A stretch of DNA of 64,000 nt. Source: a virus. The notes beneath the pieces are model-generated. The model was not told where the DNA came from and searched no databases. It saw nothing but the letters and a program-made list of their open reading frames with translations. The DNA lies in IMG/VR virus record IMGVR_UViG_3300031539_004800. One strand, given 5' to 3'. Position numbers and translations under genes: made by a program. Below are positions 19,309 to 28,142 of the stretch, in pieces (position 1 is the first letter of the stretch; every line of letters begins with the position of its first letter).

Positions 19309-19347
19309 AAGCTTTTTTTTATTGAGGGCGTAGAAAACGAAATAAAC

Positions 19348-19412
19348 GAGACAAGACCTGACTGGACAGGACATGATGAGATTCGATGAGACGCGACGCT
19401 ACGAGACGAGAC
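19348..19412 (+). repeat. NN-GAC/GAT pentamer array 4 (13 units), candidate guide RNA
   Basis: NN = GA AA CT TG AG AT GA TC GA GC GC GA GA; T-tract follows. Confidence 0.85.
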
Positions 19413-19900
19413 AGAATAGTTTTTTCAATTTGGGGAGTCGGTCAATCCGGCTCTCCATTTTTAGGATTCTCGATATGCACGAACTATTGGAAATGCTCGG
19501 CGGAGTTTACGGATGGTGTTGGTTTGAACATACGGGGCAATATTGGTATTGTTTGCTGTATTGGCCGGCAGAAGAAAAAAAGCCTTGCCGCTGGATTTTG
19601 TCTCGACGGCCTCTTATAATACTTGCCGGGTATATGGGTAGAAATCGGGGGCTGCATTGGGATAGAAAGAGAAGGTGAAAAATGGAAAAGATAAAAAAGT
19701 GGGGCGAATTAAAAAAATATGTAGAAAAACAAGGCATCTCGGATGATACAATAATTAACTCTATAGACATAGATACTGAATCAAATAAAGAAATGAAAAC
19801 TTGGTTCGATTCAGATGGAGAGGCAAATATTTCAAATGAGTACTATAATCGCTAAGATGGTATATTCGACAGGTCTTAATTAAGAAAGAGACGGTGAGTT

Positions 19901-20113
19901 ATGGCCGGAGAACAACAAATATTTGAGTGTGCTAATTGTGGACGAAAAATAAAAAGCGATAGAATTGAAAAAGCTTTTGGTTTTGTCCATATCGATGTTC
20001 TCTGCACAGATTGTCATATCACACTTTCTAAAGAGTCTTGGGACCAACTATGCAAAGAATTGGAGGAAAACCACGAAAACGAAGATTATGACGACAGGGT
20101 CATGGAAGGCTAA
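19901..20113 (+). CDS. Small zinc-binding protein
   Basis: CANC...CTDC. Confidence 0.5.
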   Translation: MAGEQQIFECANCGRKIKSDRIEKAFGFVHIDVLCTDCHITLSKESWDQLCKELEENHENEDYDDRVMEG

Positions 20114-20166
20114 ACGCCAGCGCCAATTAAAGTAAAATCACTTCTTTTGCCGTTATTCTGTGCTGT

Positions 20167-20370
20167 ATGGCAGAAAACGGCAACAATCCGAATATCAACA
20201 TGTTCCCGCTGGAGTCGGTGGAGAACGAAATCAACCAGGCTATATACAGGCTCCTGGAGATCGAACCGACGAATGACCAGCAGCTTGAGCTTAGGGATAT
20301 GTGCCTCGAGGACCTCAAGGAGCTGCAGGACTGCAATCTGCTGGCACTGCGGAGGGCGATTGAGGAATGA
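20167..20370 (+). CDS. Hypothetical protein
   Basis: ATGA coupling to terS. Confidence 0.55.
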   Translation: MAENGNNPNINMFPLESVENEINQAIYRLLEIEPTNDQQLELRDMCLEDLKELQDCNLLALRRAIEE

Positions 20371-20912
20371 GTGGCAGGAAGTCAAAATATCATACCCACG
20401 TCGAGCCCAGGTTTGAGTTCATTCAGGGAAAGCTGCGGAGCGGATATACGGAGGAGAGTATTGCAAAAAGTTTGGGCATTGGTGCCTCTACGTGGAAAAA
20501 ATACAAAGCTCTATTTGTAGACTTTCGAGACCTTATAAAAAAGGCGGCATTTGACAGCACGGCTTTAGTCGTAAATGCCCTGCACAAAAGGGCTACCGGC
20601 TACGAATACGACGAGATTCATACGGAGATAACGGATACCGGGGCACAAAAAAAGCAGGCAGGACAGCCTCTCGCCCAAAGAAGGGTGATAAAGAAAATTA
20701 CTAAGCATGTGCCGCCGGACACGGCGGCGGGCATATACTGGACCACAAACCGCGACCCCGCAAACTGGAAGAACACTCAGAATATCAAGCACAGCGGCGA
20801 GATAAAGAACACCGGTGTATTAGTGGTGGCGCCGCCTTTGAGCAAGGAAGAATGGTTAAAACAAAACGCAAAAAGCGAAGAGCCGGACGGGACCGAAAAG
20901 AAAAAGAAGTAA
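20367..20912 (+). CDS. terS: Terminase small subunit
   Basis: HTH N-terminus, ALHKRATGYEYDE...VPPDTAAGIYWTTNRDPANWK; precedes terL. Confidence 0.85.
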   Translation: MSGRKSKYHTHVEPRFEFIQGKLRSGYTEESIAKSLGIGASTWKKYKALFVDFRDLIKKAAFDSTALVVNALHKRATGYEYDEIHTEITDTGAQKKQAGQPLAQRRVIKKITKHVPPDTAAGIYWTTNRDPANWKNTQNIKHSGEIKNTGVLVVAPPLSKEEWLKQNAKSEEPDGTEKKKK

Positions 20913-22276
20913 ATGTTGTCTGGTCGCCGCTTCCGGGCAGCCAGCAACGCTTTCTTTCGTGCCCAATCTTCGAATGTCTGTACGAAGGGACGAGAGGTCC
21001 CGGCAAGACAGATTCGCTATTGATAGACTTTGCTCAGTTTGTGGGCAGAGGTTACGGTCCTGCCTGGCGTGGTGTTTTGTTTCGCTTGCAGTATCCGGAC
21101 CTGGAAGAAATCGAGATCAAATCCAAGCGGTTTTTTTATCAAATCTTTCCGGGGGCCGTATATAACGGGTCAAGTCACAGGTGGATATTCCAGGACGGCG
21201 AGCAGCTCCTGTTTCGCTATGCCAGGAACATAGACGACTACTGGAATTATCACGGCCACGAATACCCCTGGATCGGATGGGATGAATTGACTTTGTGGCC
21301 GAACGATGAACTTTATATTACCATGAAAACCGTCTGCAGGTCAAGCGACCCCAACGTTCCACGTCACTATCGATGCACGGCCAACCCTTACGGAGTCGGT
21401 CACAACTGGGTAAAGGGCAGGTTTATCGATCCGGCACCGAGAGGGATTGTCATACCGGACGAAGATGGCATGGAAAGGGTTACGATACACGGCACAATAT
21501 GGGAGAATTTGATTGTCCTGCAAAACGATCCGGCTTACGTGAACATGCTGAGATCCCAGACGGGGGCAAGGCGTGCCGCCTGGCTCGAAGGTGACTGGGA
21601 CATCGTCGCGGGCGGAATGTTCGACGATGTTTGGGACAGTAAGGTTCATATTGTTGCGCCCTTCGAGATACCGGCGACGTGGAAGCTTGACAGGTCTTTC
21701 GACTGGGGCAGCAGTAAGCCTTACTCGGTCGGGTTTTGGGCGGAGTCCGACGGCTGCGATGTCAAGTTGCCGGACGGATCCCTTAGAGCTACGCAGCGAG
21801 GCGATTTGTTTCGGTTTGCGGAATTGTACGGATGGACGGGAAAGCCTAACCAAGGGACCAGGGAGCTTGCGGTTGAAGTTGCACGCAAGGTCCTTAATTA
21901 TCAGAAGGAGCTCGGCAGGGCAATCAATCCCGGCCCAGCCGATTCTTCGATATACACAATAGAGAACGGTAATTGTATCGCAAGTGATATGGAAAGAATG
22001 GGTATCAGATGGACACGGGCAAACAAGTCGCCCGGTAGCCGTATCAATGGCTGGGAGATTCTCAGGGAGCGTTTGAAAAACTCCATCAGCAGGGAAGGTC
22101 CGGGGATTTACGCACTCGATACGTGCCGGCAGTTCATACGCACATTCCCTGTTCTTCCGAGAGACAAACACAAGGCCGATGATGTCGATACTGAGGCCGA
22201 GGACCATATTGCAGATGATGTCAGATATAGATGTTTGGCAAAAACTTACAGCCTTAGCGTTAGACAAGCGAGTTGA
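20852..22276 (+). CDS. terL: Terminase large subunit
   Basis: EGTRGPGKT Walker A, WIGWDELT Walker B, CTANP, RSFDWG nuclease, DHIADDVRY. Confidence 0.95.
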   Translation: MVKTKRKKRRAGRDRKEKEVNVVWSPLPGSQQRFLSCPIFECLYEGTRGPGKTDSLLIDFAQFVGRGYGPAWRGVLFRLQYPDLEEIEIKSKRFFYQIFPGAVYNGSSHRWIFQDGEQLLFRYARNIDDYWNYHGHEYPWIGWDELTLWPNDELYITMKTVCRSSDPNVPRHYRCTANPYGVGHNWVKGRFIDPAPRGIVIPDEDGMERVTIHGTIWENLIVLQNDPAYVNMLRSQTGARRAAWLEGDWDIVAGGMFDDVWDSKVHIVAPFEIPATWKLDRSFDWGSSKPYSVGFWAESDGCDVKLPDGSLRATQRGDLFRFAELYGWTGKPNQGTRELAVEVARKVLNYQKELGRAINPGPADSSIYTIENGNCIASDMERMGIRWTRANKSPGSRINGWEILRERLKNSISREGPGIYALDTCRQFIRTFPVLPRDKHKADDVDTEAEDHIADDVRYRCLAKTYSLSVRQAS

Positions 22277-22587
22277 AATCGGAAGGGAAAAATAAAATGG
22301 ACAAAACAAAGAACGGGACTTTTTTGAAAGTTACTATAGGCACATTGGTGGCTTTGCTTCTTGCCTCATTGGTTTGGATATGGAACGCGGCGGGGATCTG
22401 CAAAAGCGTCGAAATGAATACAGAGACAATATCAAAGTCCGTGCCGAAAATTGACTCAAACACCATAGCGGTAACGAGCATCGGCAAGGACATTGAAAGA
22501 CTTGATGAGAAGATAGACCGAATTGATGTTGCACAACAGCAGATGATTACGATGCAGCGCGAAATTCTCAGGGAGGTTAAAAACTAA
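22273..22587 (+). CDS. TM plus coiled-coil protein (holin-like)
   Basis: One TM helix, then a heptad coil. Confidence 0.5.
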   Translation: MKSEGKNKMDKTKNGTFLKVTIGTLVALLLASLVWIWNAAGICKSVEMNTETISKSVPKIDSNTIAVTSIGKDIERLDEKIDRIDVAQQQMITMQREILREVKN

Positions 22588-22589
22588 AT

Positions 22590-22784
22590 ATGGGACAGGC
22601 AAAGAAAAACAGGGCAAGGGATTTGCAATTACAAATCGGCAGCAGGCTATTGACTCAAAACATCAAAGCAGACCTTGAGTCACAACTGGCCCGGAGGCAG
22701 GACGGCAAGCTGCTGGATTTGTTAAAAGAAGGCGTGATTGCCGAAGTTAGAAGCAAAATAGATGCAGAGAAACTTTTGGTGTGA
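22590..22784 (+). CDS. Hypothetical protein
   Basis: ORF between terL and portal. Confidence 0.45.
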   Translation: MGQAKKNRARDLQLQIGSRLLTQNIKADLESQLARRQDGKLLDLLKEGVIAEVRSKIDAEKLLV

Positions 22785-24211
22785 GAAATATTATTATGGC
22801 TAAGACGAATGAAGCGAAGGCAAATACCCCGTGCAGTGCTTATAACGCGATGGCTTCGGAGTGGACTTTGATTGACGATCTGATTGCCGGCACTGCCGCT
22901 ATGCAGGCGGGATCGACTAACTACCTGCCGAAGTTCGACAAGGAAGAACAGAAACATTACAACTCGCGGGTTACCAACTCGATCCTGTTCAGTGCTTACG
23001 GCGATACGGTCAAGAGTATTTGCGGCAAGCCTTTCAGCAAGCCGGTGAAGCTATACGGAGATCTGCCTGTGCCGCTGGATGAAATAGAGAACGATGTTGA
23101 CGGCCAGGGCAATTCTCTTGCTCAACTGGCAAAGGATATATTCTTTCAGTTCGTCAATCGCGGAATCGGTCATATTCTCGTGGATTATCCGAGTACGGTT
23201 GCCGAGGACGGGACTACGCCGAATCGAGCACAGGAAAGGTCCGCAAGGATAATGCCAAGGTTTATAAACATTAAGCCCGAGCAGCTTATAGGATGGCGCA
23301 TGGAGAAAGATGCAAGCGGCAATAACGTATTGACACAAATCAGGATTGCGGAAACACAGACCGAGCCAGTTGGTGAATGGGGCGAAAAGCAGGTCAAATA
23401 TATCAGGGTTTACGAGCGCGATAATTGGCGTCTATATGTCGAAGGAGAAAAGGACGAATATGCACTCTTAACTGAAGGCCCCAACAGTCTCGGCAAGGTT
23501 CCGCTTGTGACCGGATACGCTAATCAGACGGGTTTTTTGACTGCCGATCCGCCGCTGAGGGAGCTGGCCGAGACGAACCTGGCACATTTCCGCAGCGACA
23601 GCGACCAGAGAAACATCCTTCACATGGCACGGACGATAACACTATTCGCAAAGGGCTTCAGTACGGAAGAGACTGATAAGATTGCATTAGGTCCGAATCA
23701 AATAATCTCAACTTCAAATCCCGAGGGCGATGTAAAATTTCTGGAGCATTCCGGTACCGCTATTGACGCGGGCGCAAAGGACATAGACAAGCTTGAGGAC
23801 AGGATGATGATTCTCGGCTTGCAGCCGTTCCTGCGAAGGATAGCGAGCCAGACGGCAACGGGCCAGTCGATAGACGAGTCCAGGGCCAACTGCGATATCC
23901 AGGCGTGGGTAATGTCTCTTGAGAGATTACTGAGGCAGGCTTACGAGACAGCCGCCGAATGGATCGGTGCCAAGCTGCCGGAAGATTTCAAGGTCGATAT
24001 TTTCAATACCTTCGATATCTGGGTAAGGGCGATGAAGGATGTACCAGAGCTGATTAAAATGCGACAAGCCCGCGAGCTTTCAAGACAGACGTTCCTGAGA
24101 GAAGTCAAGAGACGTGCCCTGCTTTCCGAGACGCTGGATATAGACGAGGAAATTGCCGCTATCGAGGCGGAAGGGCCGGCTTTGGGGATGATTGGGTTAG
24201 GAGCAGAATAA
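22781..24211 (+). CDS. Portal protein (DUF4055 type)
   Basis: YLPKF..E...Y.SR, GHILVDYP, PPLRELAETNLAHFR; follows terL. Confidence 0.9.
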   Translation: MRNIIMAKTNEAKANTPCSAYNAMASEWTLIDDLIAGTAAMQAGSTNYLPKFDKEEQKHYNSRVTNSILFSAYGDTVKSICGKPFSKPVKLYGDLPVPLDEIENDVDGQGNSLAQLAKDIFFQFVNRGIGHILVDYPSTVAEDGTTPNRAQERSARIMPRFINIKPEQLIGWRMEKDASGNNVLTQIRIAETQTEPVGEWGEKQVKYIRVYERDNWRLYVEGEKDEYALLTEGPNSLGKVPLVTGYANQTGFLTADPPLRELAETNLAHFRSDSDQRNILHMARTITLFAKGFSTEETDKIALGPNQIISTSNPEGDVKFLEHSGTAIDAGAKDIDKLEDRMMILGLQPFLRRIASQTATGQSIDESRANCDIQAWVMSLERLLRQAYETAAEWIGAKLPEDFKVDIFNTFDIWVRAMKDVPELIKMRQARELSRQTFLREVKRRALLSETLDIDEEIAAIEAEGPALGMIGLGAE

Positions 24212-24495
24212 TGATTCTTTTCAAGAACAAGAATGAAGTTATCGAGGCATACAAAGATGTTGACAGCCCTTTGTCGGATGAGATGGTTGATGACTTGAAT
24301 GTGGTCACACAAGAATTGAGAGATTTGGGGATAAGTGAGGAATGGATTGTTATTGATTTACAGTGTCGTATTTGCAGTCACGAACAAACAGCCATTGTGC
24401 CGGCCGTGACCGACGATCTTGATAATCTCGAATGTGGCAATTGCGGCAATATGACCGCCCAGGAAGCTGATGCAAAGGAATGGTGGGAAGAATAA
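24211..24495 (+). CDS. Hypothetical zinc-ribbon protein
   Basis: CRIC...CGNC. Confidence 0.55.
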   Translation: MILFKNKNEVIEAYKDVDSPLSDEMVDDLNVVTQELRDLGISEEWIVIDLQCRICSHEQTAIVPAVTDDLDNLECGNCGNMTAQEADAKEWWEE

Positions 24496-25569
24496 ATGCC
24501 TAAGAATCTGCCGAAACTTCCCGATCTGCCAACAACCGTCAACGAGCTAATCGCAGACAGGGCAATCCGTCACGCCCTGTATCTGGAGCGGTACAAGACG
24601 CAGGTTGCAAACGATATTCTTGCCGAATTCAACAAAACGCTTGAGCCTGAGCTTTTGGCAAAGATCGAAAAGAGCCTGCGAACGGTGACAATGAGCAGCA
24701 AGAAACTCCAGTCGCTTTTCAAAGACAACGGCGATCTGGTGAGGGCGGAATATCTTGTGATGGAGAGCAAGATGTATGGTCAGCTAAGGGATTTCGCCAA
24801 GGTGGAATCGTCCTGGCTGATAAAGACAATGCAGAATTTTATGCCGATCGCTTATGATTTTGTTTCTCCGAACGCCAATATGCTCAAAGCGCTTGTGACT
24901 CAGCAGCCGATGGAGGGGGCTTTGGTTAAGGAGTGGTTCGGCAAGCTGGCAAGGGATACGGCTTTCAATGTAAACAGGACAATTCAAAACGGCATGATTG
25001 AAGGTCAGGGTATTGCTGATATCGTCCGGAGGATCAAGGGGACGCGGGCAGCTCAATACACGGACGGCATACTGAATACCAGCAGGCACAATCTTAATTC
25101 CGTTGTCAGGACGGCCACAAGCAACGTTTCTCACGCGGCAAGGGATGAGGTTTATGCCGCCAATACGGACGTCGTTAAGGGCGTTGAGATCCTTGCTACG
25201 CTCGATACGAGGACTTGCCTTGAGTGCATGAATCTTGATGGCAAGGTTTACCAGGTCGATGAGGGCCGGAGGCCCCCGTTTCATTACAGTTGCAGATGCA
25301 CTACCGCCCCGGTGTTGAAGTCCTGGAAGGAGCTTGGCATTGATGCGAAAGAACTGCCTGCTGGCACGAGGGCTTCGATGAACGGTCAGGTACCGGCAAC
25401 GCAGACTTATCCAGCCTGGCTGAAAAAACAGACAGCAGACGTGCAGAACGAAGCGCTTGGAGTTGGGCGTGCGAAAATGTTCAGGTCCGGCCAATTAAAG
25501 CTAAACGACTTCATCGACCGAAGGAATAAGCCGTTGACGTTAAAGGAACTTGAAAAGTTAGCAGTTTAG
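24496..25569 (+). CDS. Minor head morphogenesis protein (SPP1 gp7/Mu gpF)
   Basis: VRTATSNV, ATLDTRTCLECMNLDGKVY, PPFHYSCRCT. Confidence 0.92.
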   Translation: MPKNLPKLPDLPTTVNELIADRAIRHALYLERYKTQVANDILAEFNKTLEPELLAKIEKSLRTVTMSSKKLQSLFKDNGDLVRAEYLVMESKMYGQLRDFAKVESSWLIKTMQNFMPIAYDFVSPNANMLKALVTQQPMEGALVKEWFGKLARDTAFNVNRTIQNGMIEGQGIADIVRRIKGTRAAQYTDGILNTSRHNLNSVVRTATSNVSHAARDEVYAANTDVVKGVEILATLDTRTCLECMNLDGKVYQVDEGRRPPFHYSCRCTTAPVLKSWKELGIDAKELPAGTRASMNGQVPATQTYPAWLKKQTADVQNEALGVGRAKMFRSGQLKLNDFIDRRNKPLTLKELEKLAV

Positions 25570-25637
25570 ACAATTGAATAAAATGTGCGGGCTTTCGCTG
25601 TGACCGGCCAGTCGCAGTGAGACGCAAGAATATAACG

Positions 25638-25680
25638 ACGGCAAGTAAGGAGCCTTACTCTCTTTGCTTGCCGTTTTTTT
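25638..25680 (+). terminator. Intrinsic terminator nested inside an outer helix
   Basis: ACGGCAAGTAAGGAG...CTCTTTGCTTGCCGT plus T-tract; flanked by GTGCGGGC/GCCCGCAC. Confidence 0.7.
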
Positions 25681-25800
25681 ATTGCCCGCACGAAGCTAAT
25701 CAAGCGGGTGTGTAGCCCGCAGCGAATACGAAAAGTCAGGGCGGGATGCCCGGCGGCCGGGAAGGCTGCTTAAAGGCGGGAAGCCGAAGGAGTAACAATT

Positions 25801-26586
25801 ATGGCACTGGCAGCGATTATCAAAGAAGAGGTTTTCACAGGTTTGTCGGACGATCTCAAGAAGGAGTACAAAAAGCAGAGTGACGGGACGTTTCTGCTCG
25901 ATGTGACGGCGGTGGAAGGTTTTGCATTGGAGGACGTCAAGGGTCTCAAGTCGGCATTAAGCTCAGAGCGTACCACGCGGGAGGCGGCGGAAAATAAGCT
26001 CAAATCATTCGAGGGTCTGGATGTGGACAAAGCGCGGGATGCGCTCAGTAAGGTCGAGGAAATGGCGAACTGGAAGCCCGAGGACAAGGTCAAAGAGCAG
26101 ATAGCGGTCTTGAAGCAACAGATCGAGGACAAGCATCGCGGGGAACTCACAAAGAAGGAAGATGAAGTTTCCATGCTCACGAAACAGCTCCAAAAAAAGA
26201 TGATTGATTCCGATGCCATCAAGGCAATAGCGGAACATGGAGGCAGCCCCAAATCGGCAAGCGTATTGCTGTATCCAATTCGTGAATTGACCCGAATGAG
26301 AAAAACCGACAGCGGCGATTTCATCGTTGAGGTTATAGGCAACGATGGAAATCCGAGAATCAGTCCGGCTTCAGGCTCTACTTCACCAATGTCAATATCA
26401 GAACTCGTTGTCGAAATGAAAAGCAACGATGCCTATGCTCCTTTGTTCGATGGTACAGGCGCCTCGGGAAGCGGCGCTGTCCAATCGAGTACAACGAAAA
26501 CCGGCAAGATCACTAACGAAGAACTCGGAAAGCTGCCGCCCGCCGAAAGGCTTAAAAAAGCACATGAGTTGGGAATTACAAAGTAA
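25801..26586 (+). CDS. Capsid scaffolding protein
   Basis: YKKQSDGTFLLDV, LKSALSSER, coiled coil, GASGSGA; precedes the capsid gene. Confidence 0.85.
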   Translation: MALAAIIKEEVFTGLSDDLKKEYKKQSDGTFLLDVTAVEGFALEDVKGLKSALSSERTTREAAENKLKSFEGLDVDKARDALSKVEEMANWKPEDKVKEQIAVLKQQIEDKHRGELTKKEDEVSMLTKQLQKKMIDSDAIKAIAEHGGSPKSASVLLYPIRELTRMRKTDSGDFIVEVIGNDGNPRISPASGSTSPMSISELVVEMKSNDAYAPLFDGTGASGSGAVQSSTTKTGKITNEELGKLPPAERLKKAHELGITK

Positions 26587-26609
26587 AAGAATTTTGAAAG
26601 GTAACTGTT

Positions 26610-27548
26610 ATGAGTTTGACACTTATTGAAGCTTCAAAGCTTATGGTCAATCGAGGAGAGGTGCTGCGTTCGGCGGTTGTTGAGACGTATGCCATGTCCT
26701 CAGACATCTTGAGGGTGTTGCCGTTCAGGGACATCGCCGGCAACGCCTATGCATATAACCAAGAGCAAACATTGCCCGGCATCGGATTTCGCGGAGTCAA
26801 TGCGGGATATACCGCCAGCACCGGGATTATCAATCCCCAGGTGGAGCCGCTTGTAATTGCCGGTGGCGATCTGTCGATTGATCCGTTCATAATCAAGACG
26901 GGCGGCGAGGGAGTCCGCGAACGCCACCAGATTATGAAGATCAAGGCGCTTGCCCACGCATGGACGTTGGCTTTCATTAAGGGCAGCTCGGTCACAACGC
27001 CGGCTTCTCTTGACGGCTTGCAGGTCAGATTGACGGGCGCTCAGTTGACTGCCAACGGCACTACAAATGGCGGCGATCCTTTATCGCTGTTGAACCTGGA
27101 TACATTGATTGACTCGGTCGATAATCCCACGCATTTGATTATGAACAAGAAAATGCGCAGGCGTCTTAGTGTTGCAGCGCGCACGGCGGCTGTAGGCGGG
27201 AATATTACCTGGACCAAAGATGAATTTGGCAAAGCGGTCATGTTGTACGATGAGCTTCCGATTATTATCGCAGACAGAGATCATACCGGCGCCGATATTC
27301 TGAACTTCCTTGAAGTATCCAACAATGTTGGAGCCGCAGCCACCGCCACTTCGATCTATTGCATATCGGTCGGCGATGGGATGATTGAGGGACTTCAGAA
27401 CGGAAGTATTGACGTTCGCATGGTTGGCGAGCAGACGGCCACAGTGACCGAACTGACCCGCGTCGAATGGTACAACGGAATCTGCATCGAGCACCCGAGG
27501 GCCGCTGCAAGGCTGTGGTCTATCAGCGACGCCGTAGCTGTTGCGTAA
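26610..27548 (+). CDS. Major capsid protein (HK97 fold)
   Basis: SDILRVLPF, AYNQEQTLPGIGFRGVN, TRVEWYNGI..HPRAAARL. Confidence 0.9.
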   Translation: MSLTLIEASKLMVNRGEVLRSAVVETYAMSSDILRVLPFRDIAGNAYAYNQEQTLPGIGFRGVNAGYTASTGIINPQVEPLVIAGGDLSIDPFIIKTGGEGVRERHQIMKIKALAHAWTLAFIKGSSVTTPASLDGLQVRLTGAQLTANGTTNGGDPLSLLNLDTLIDSVDNPTHLIMNKKMRRRLSVAARTAAVGGNITWTKDEFGKAVMLYDELPIIIADRDHTGADILNFLEVSNNVGAAATATSIYCISVGDGMIEGLQNGSIDVRMVGEQTATVTELTRVEWYNGICIEHPRAAARLWSISDAVAVA

Positions 27549-27628
27549 TCGGCAGTGAAGTTTCGGCAATGAATTTGTTTTTGAAAATACAACTAATACA
27601 AAACGTAAACTCTTGAAAGGAGTTTAAT

Positions 27629-28054
27629 ATGTTAAGAAATCGCACAGTTGACGATGCCACGCTAAACCTGAAGGCGTCGGGGGCAATAGCCGCTTCTGCT
27701 GCCGCCACAGTTATTCCGTTGATCGGTGAAGGACTGGTCCAGGGCGATATAATCATCGACGTCACCGCTATGGACATTGTCGGCAATGATGAGATGTATG
27801 ACATCATTGCTCAGCTTTCGCCGGATCTCGCCTGCACGCCGGCAACCCTTGTTGACAGATGCGCCATAAGCTTAGGTGCTATGGAGACAAAGCGGTCGGA
27901 TTGCAACAGGGATGATACTATCGGTCGATATATCCTGCCGTTCGATAATGAATACTGCGGAACGATATATCCGTATGTCCGACTTTATACCGTTACGGTC
28001 GGGGCCACGAACAGCATTACTTACTCCGCAAGACTGGCAAAAAGAGCGGGCTAA
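27629..28054 (+). CDS. Head decoration/cement protein
   Basis: Follows the capsid gene; GRYILPFDNE...YVRLYTV. Confidence 0.65.
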   Translation: MLRNRTVDDATLNLKASGAIAASAAATVIPLIGEGLVQGDIIIDVTAMDIVGNDEMYDIIAQLSPDLACTPATLVDRCAISLGAMETKRSDCNRDDTIGRYILPFDNEYCGTIYPYVRLYTVTVGATNSITYSARLAKRAG

Positions 28055-28074
28055 TCACGTAAAAAATAAGGTCG

Positions 28075-28103
28075 GCTTGCCGGTTTATTGCCGGCAAGCT
28101 TTT
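28075..28103 (+). terminator. Intrinsic terminator
   Basis: GCTTGCCGG-TTTATTG-CCGGCAAGC-TTTT. Confidence 0.8.
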
Positions 28104-28142
28104 GTTCTTTAATCTCAATATCCAGGCATAAGGGTAAAAATT

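Noticed and set aside
18412-19412. Classical CRISPR array or simple microsatellite
   Set aside because: There are no 25-40 bp repeats with spacers and no cas1/cas2. The dinucleotides are too heterogeneous and the ends too organised for slippage repeats.
21341-22309. Long minus-strand ORFs (this one, 2212-3015, 24784-25494, 39834-40634 and others)
   Set aside because: They are shadows of well-supported plus-strand genes and have no motifs or RBS.
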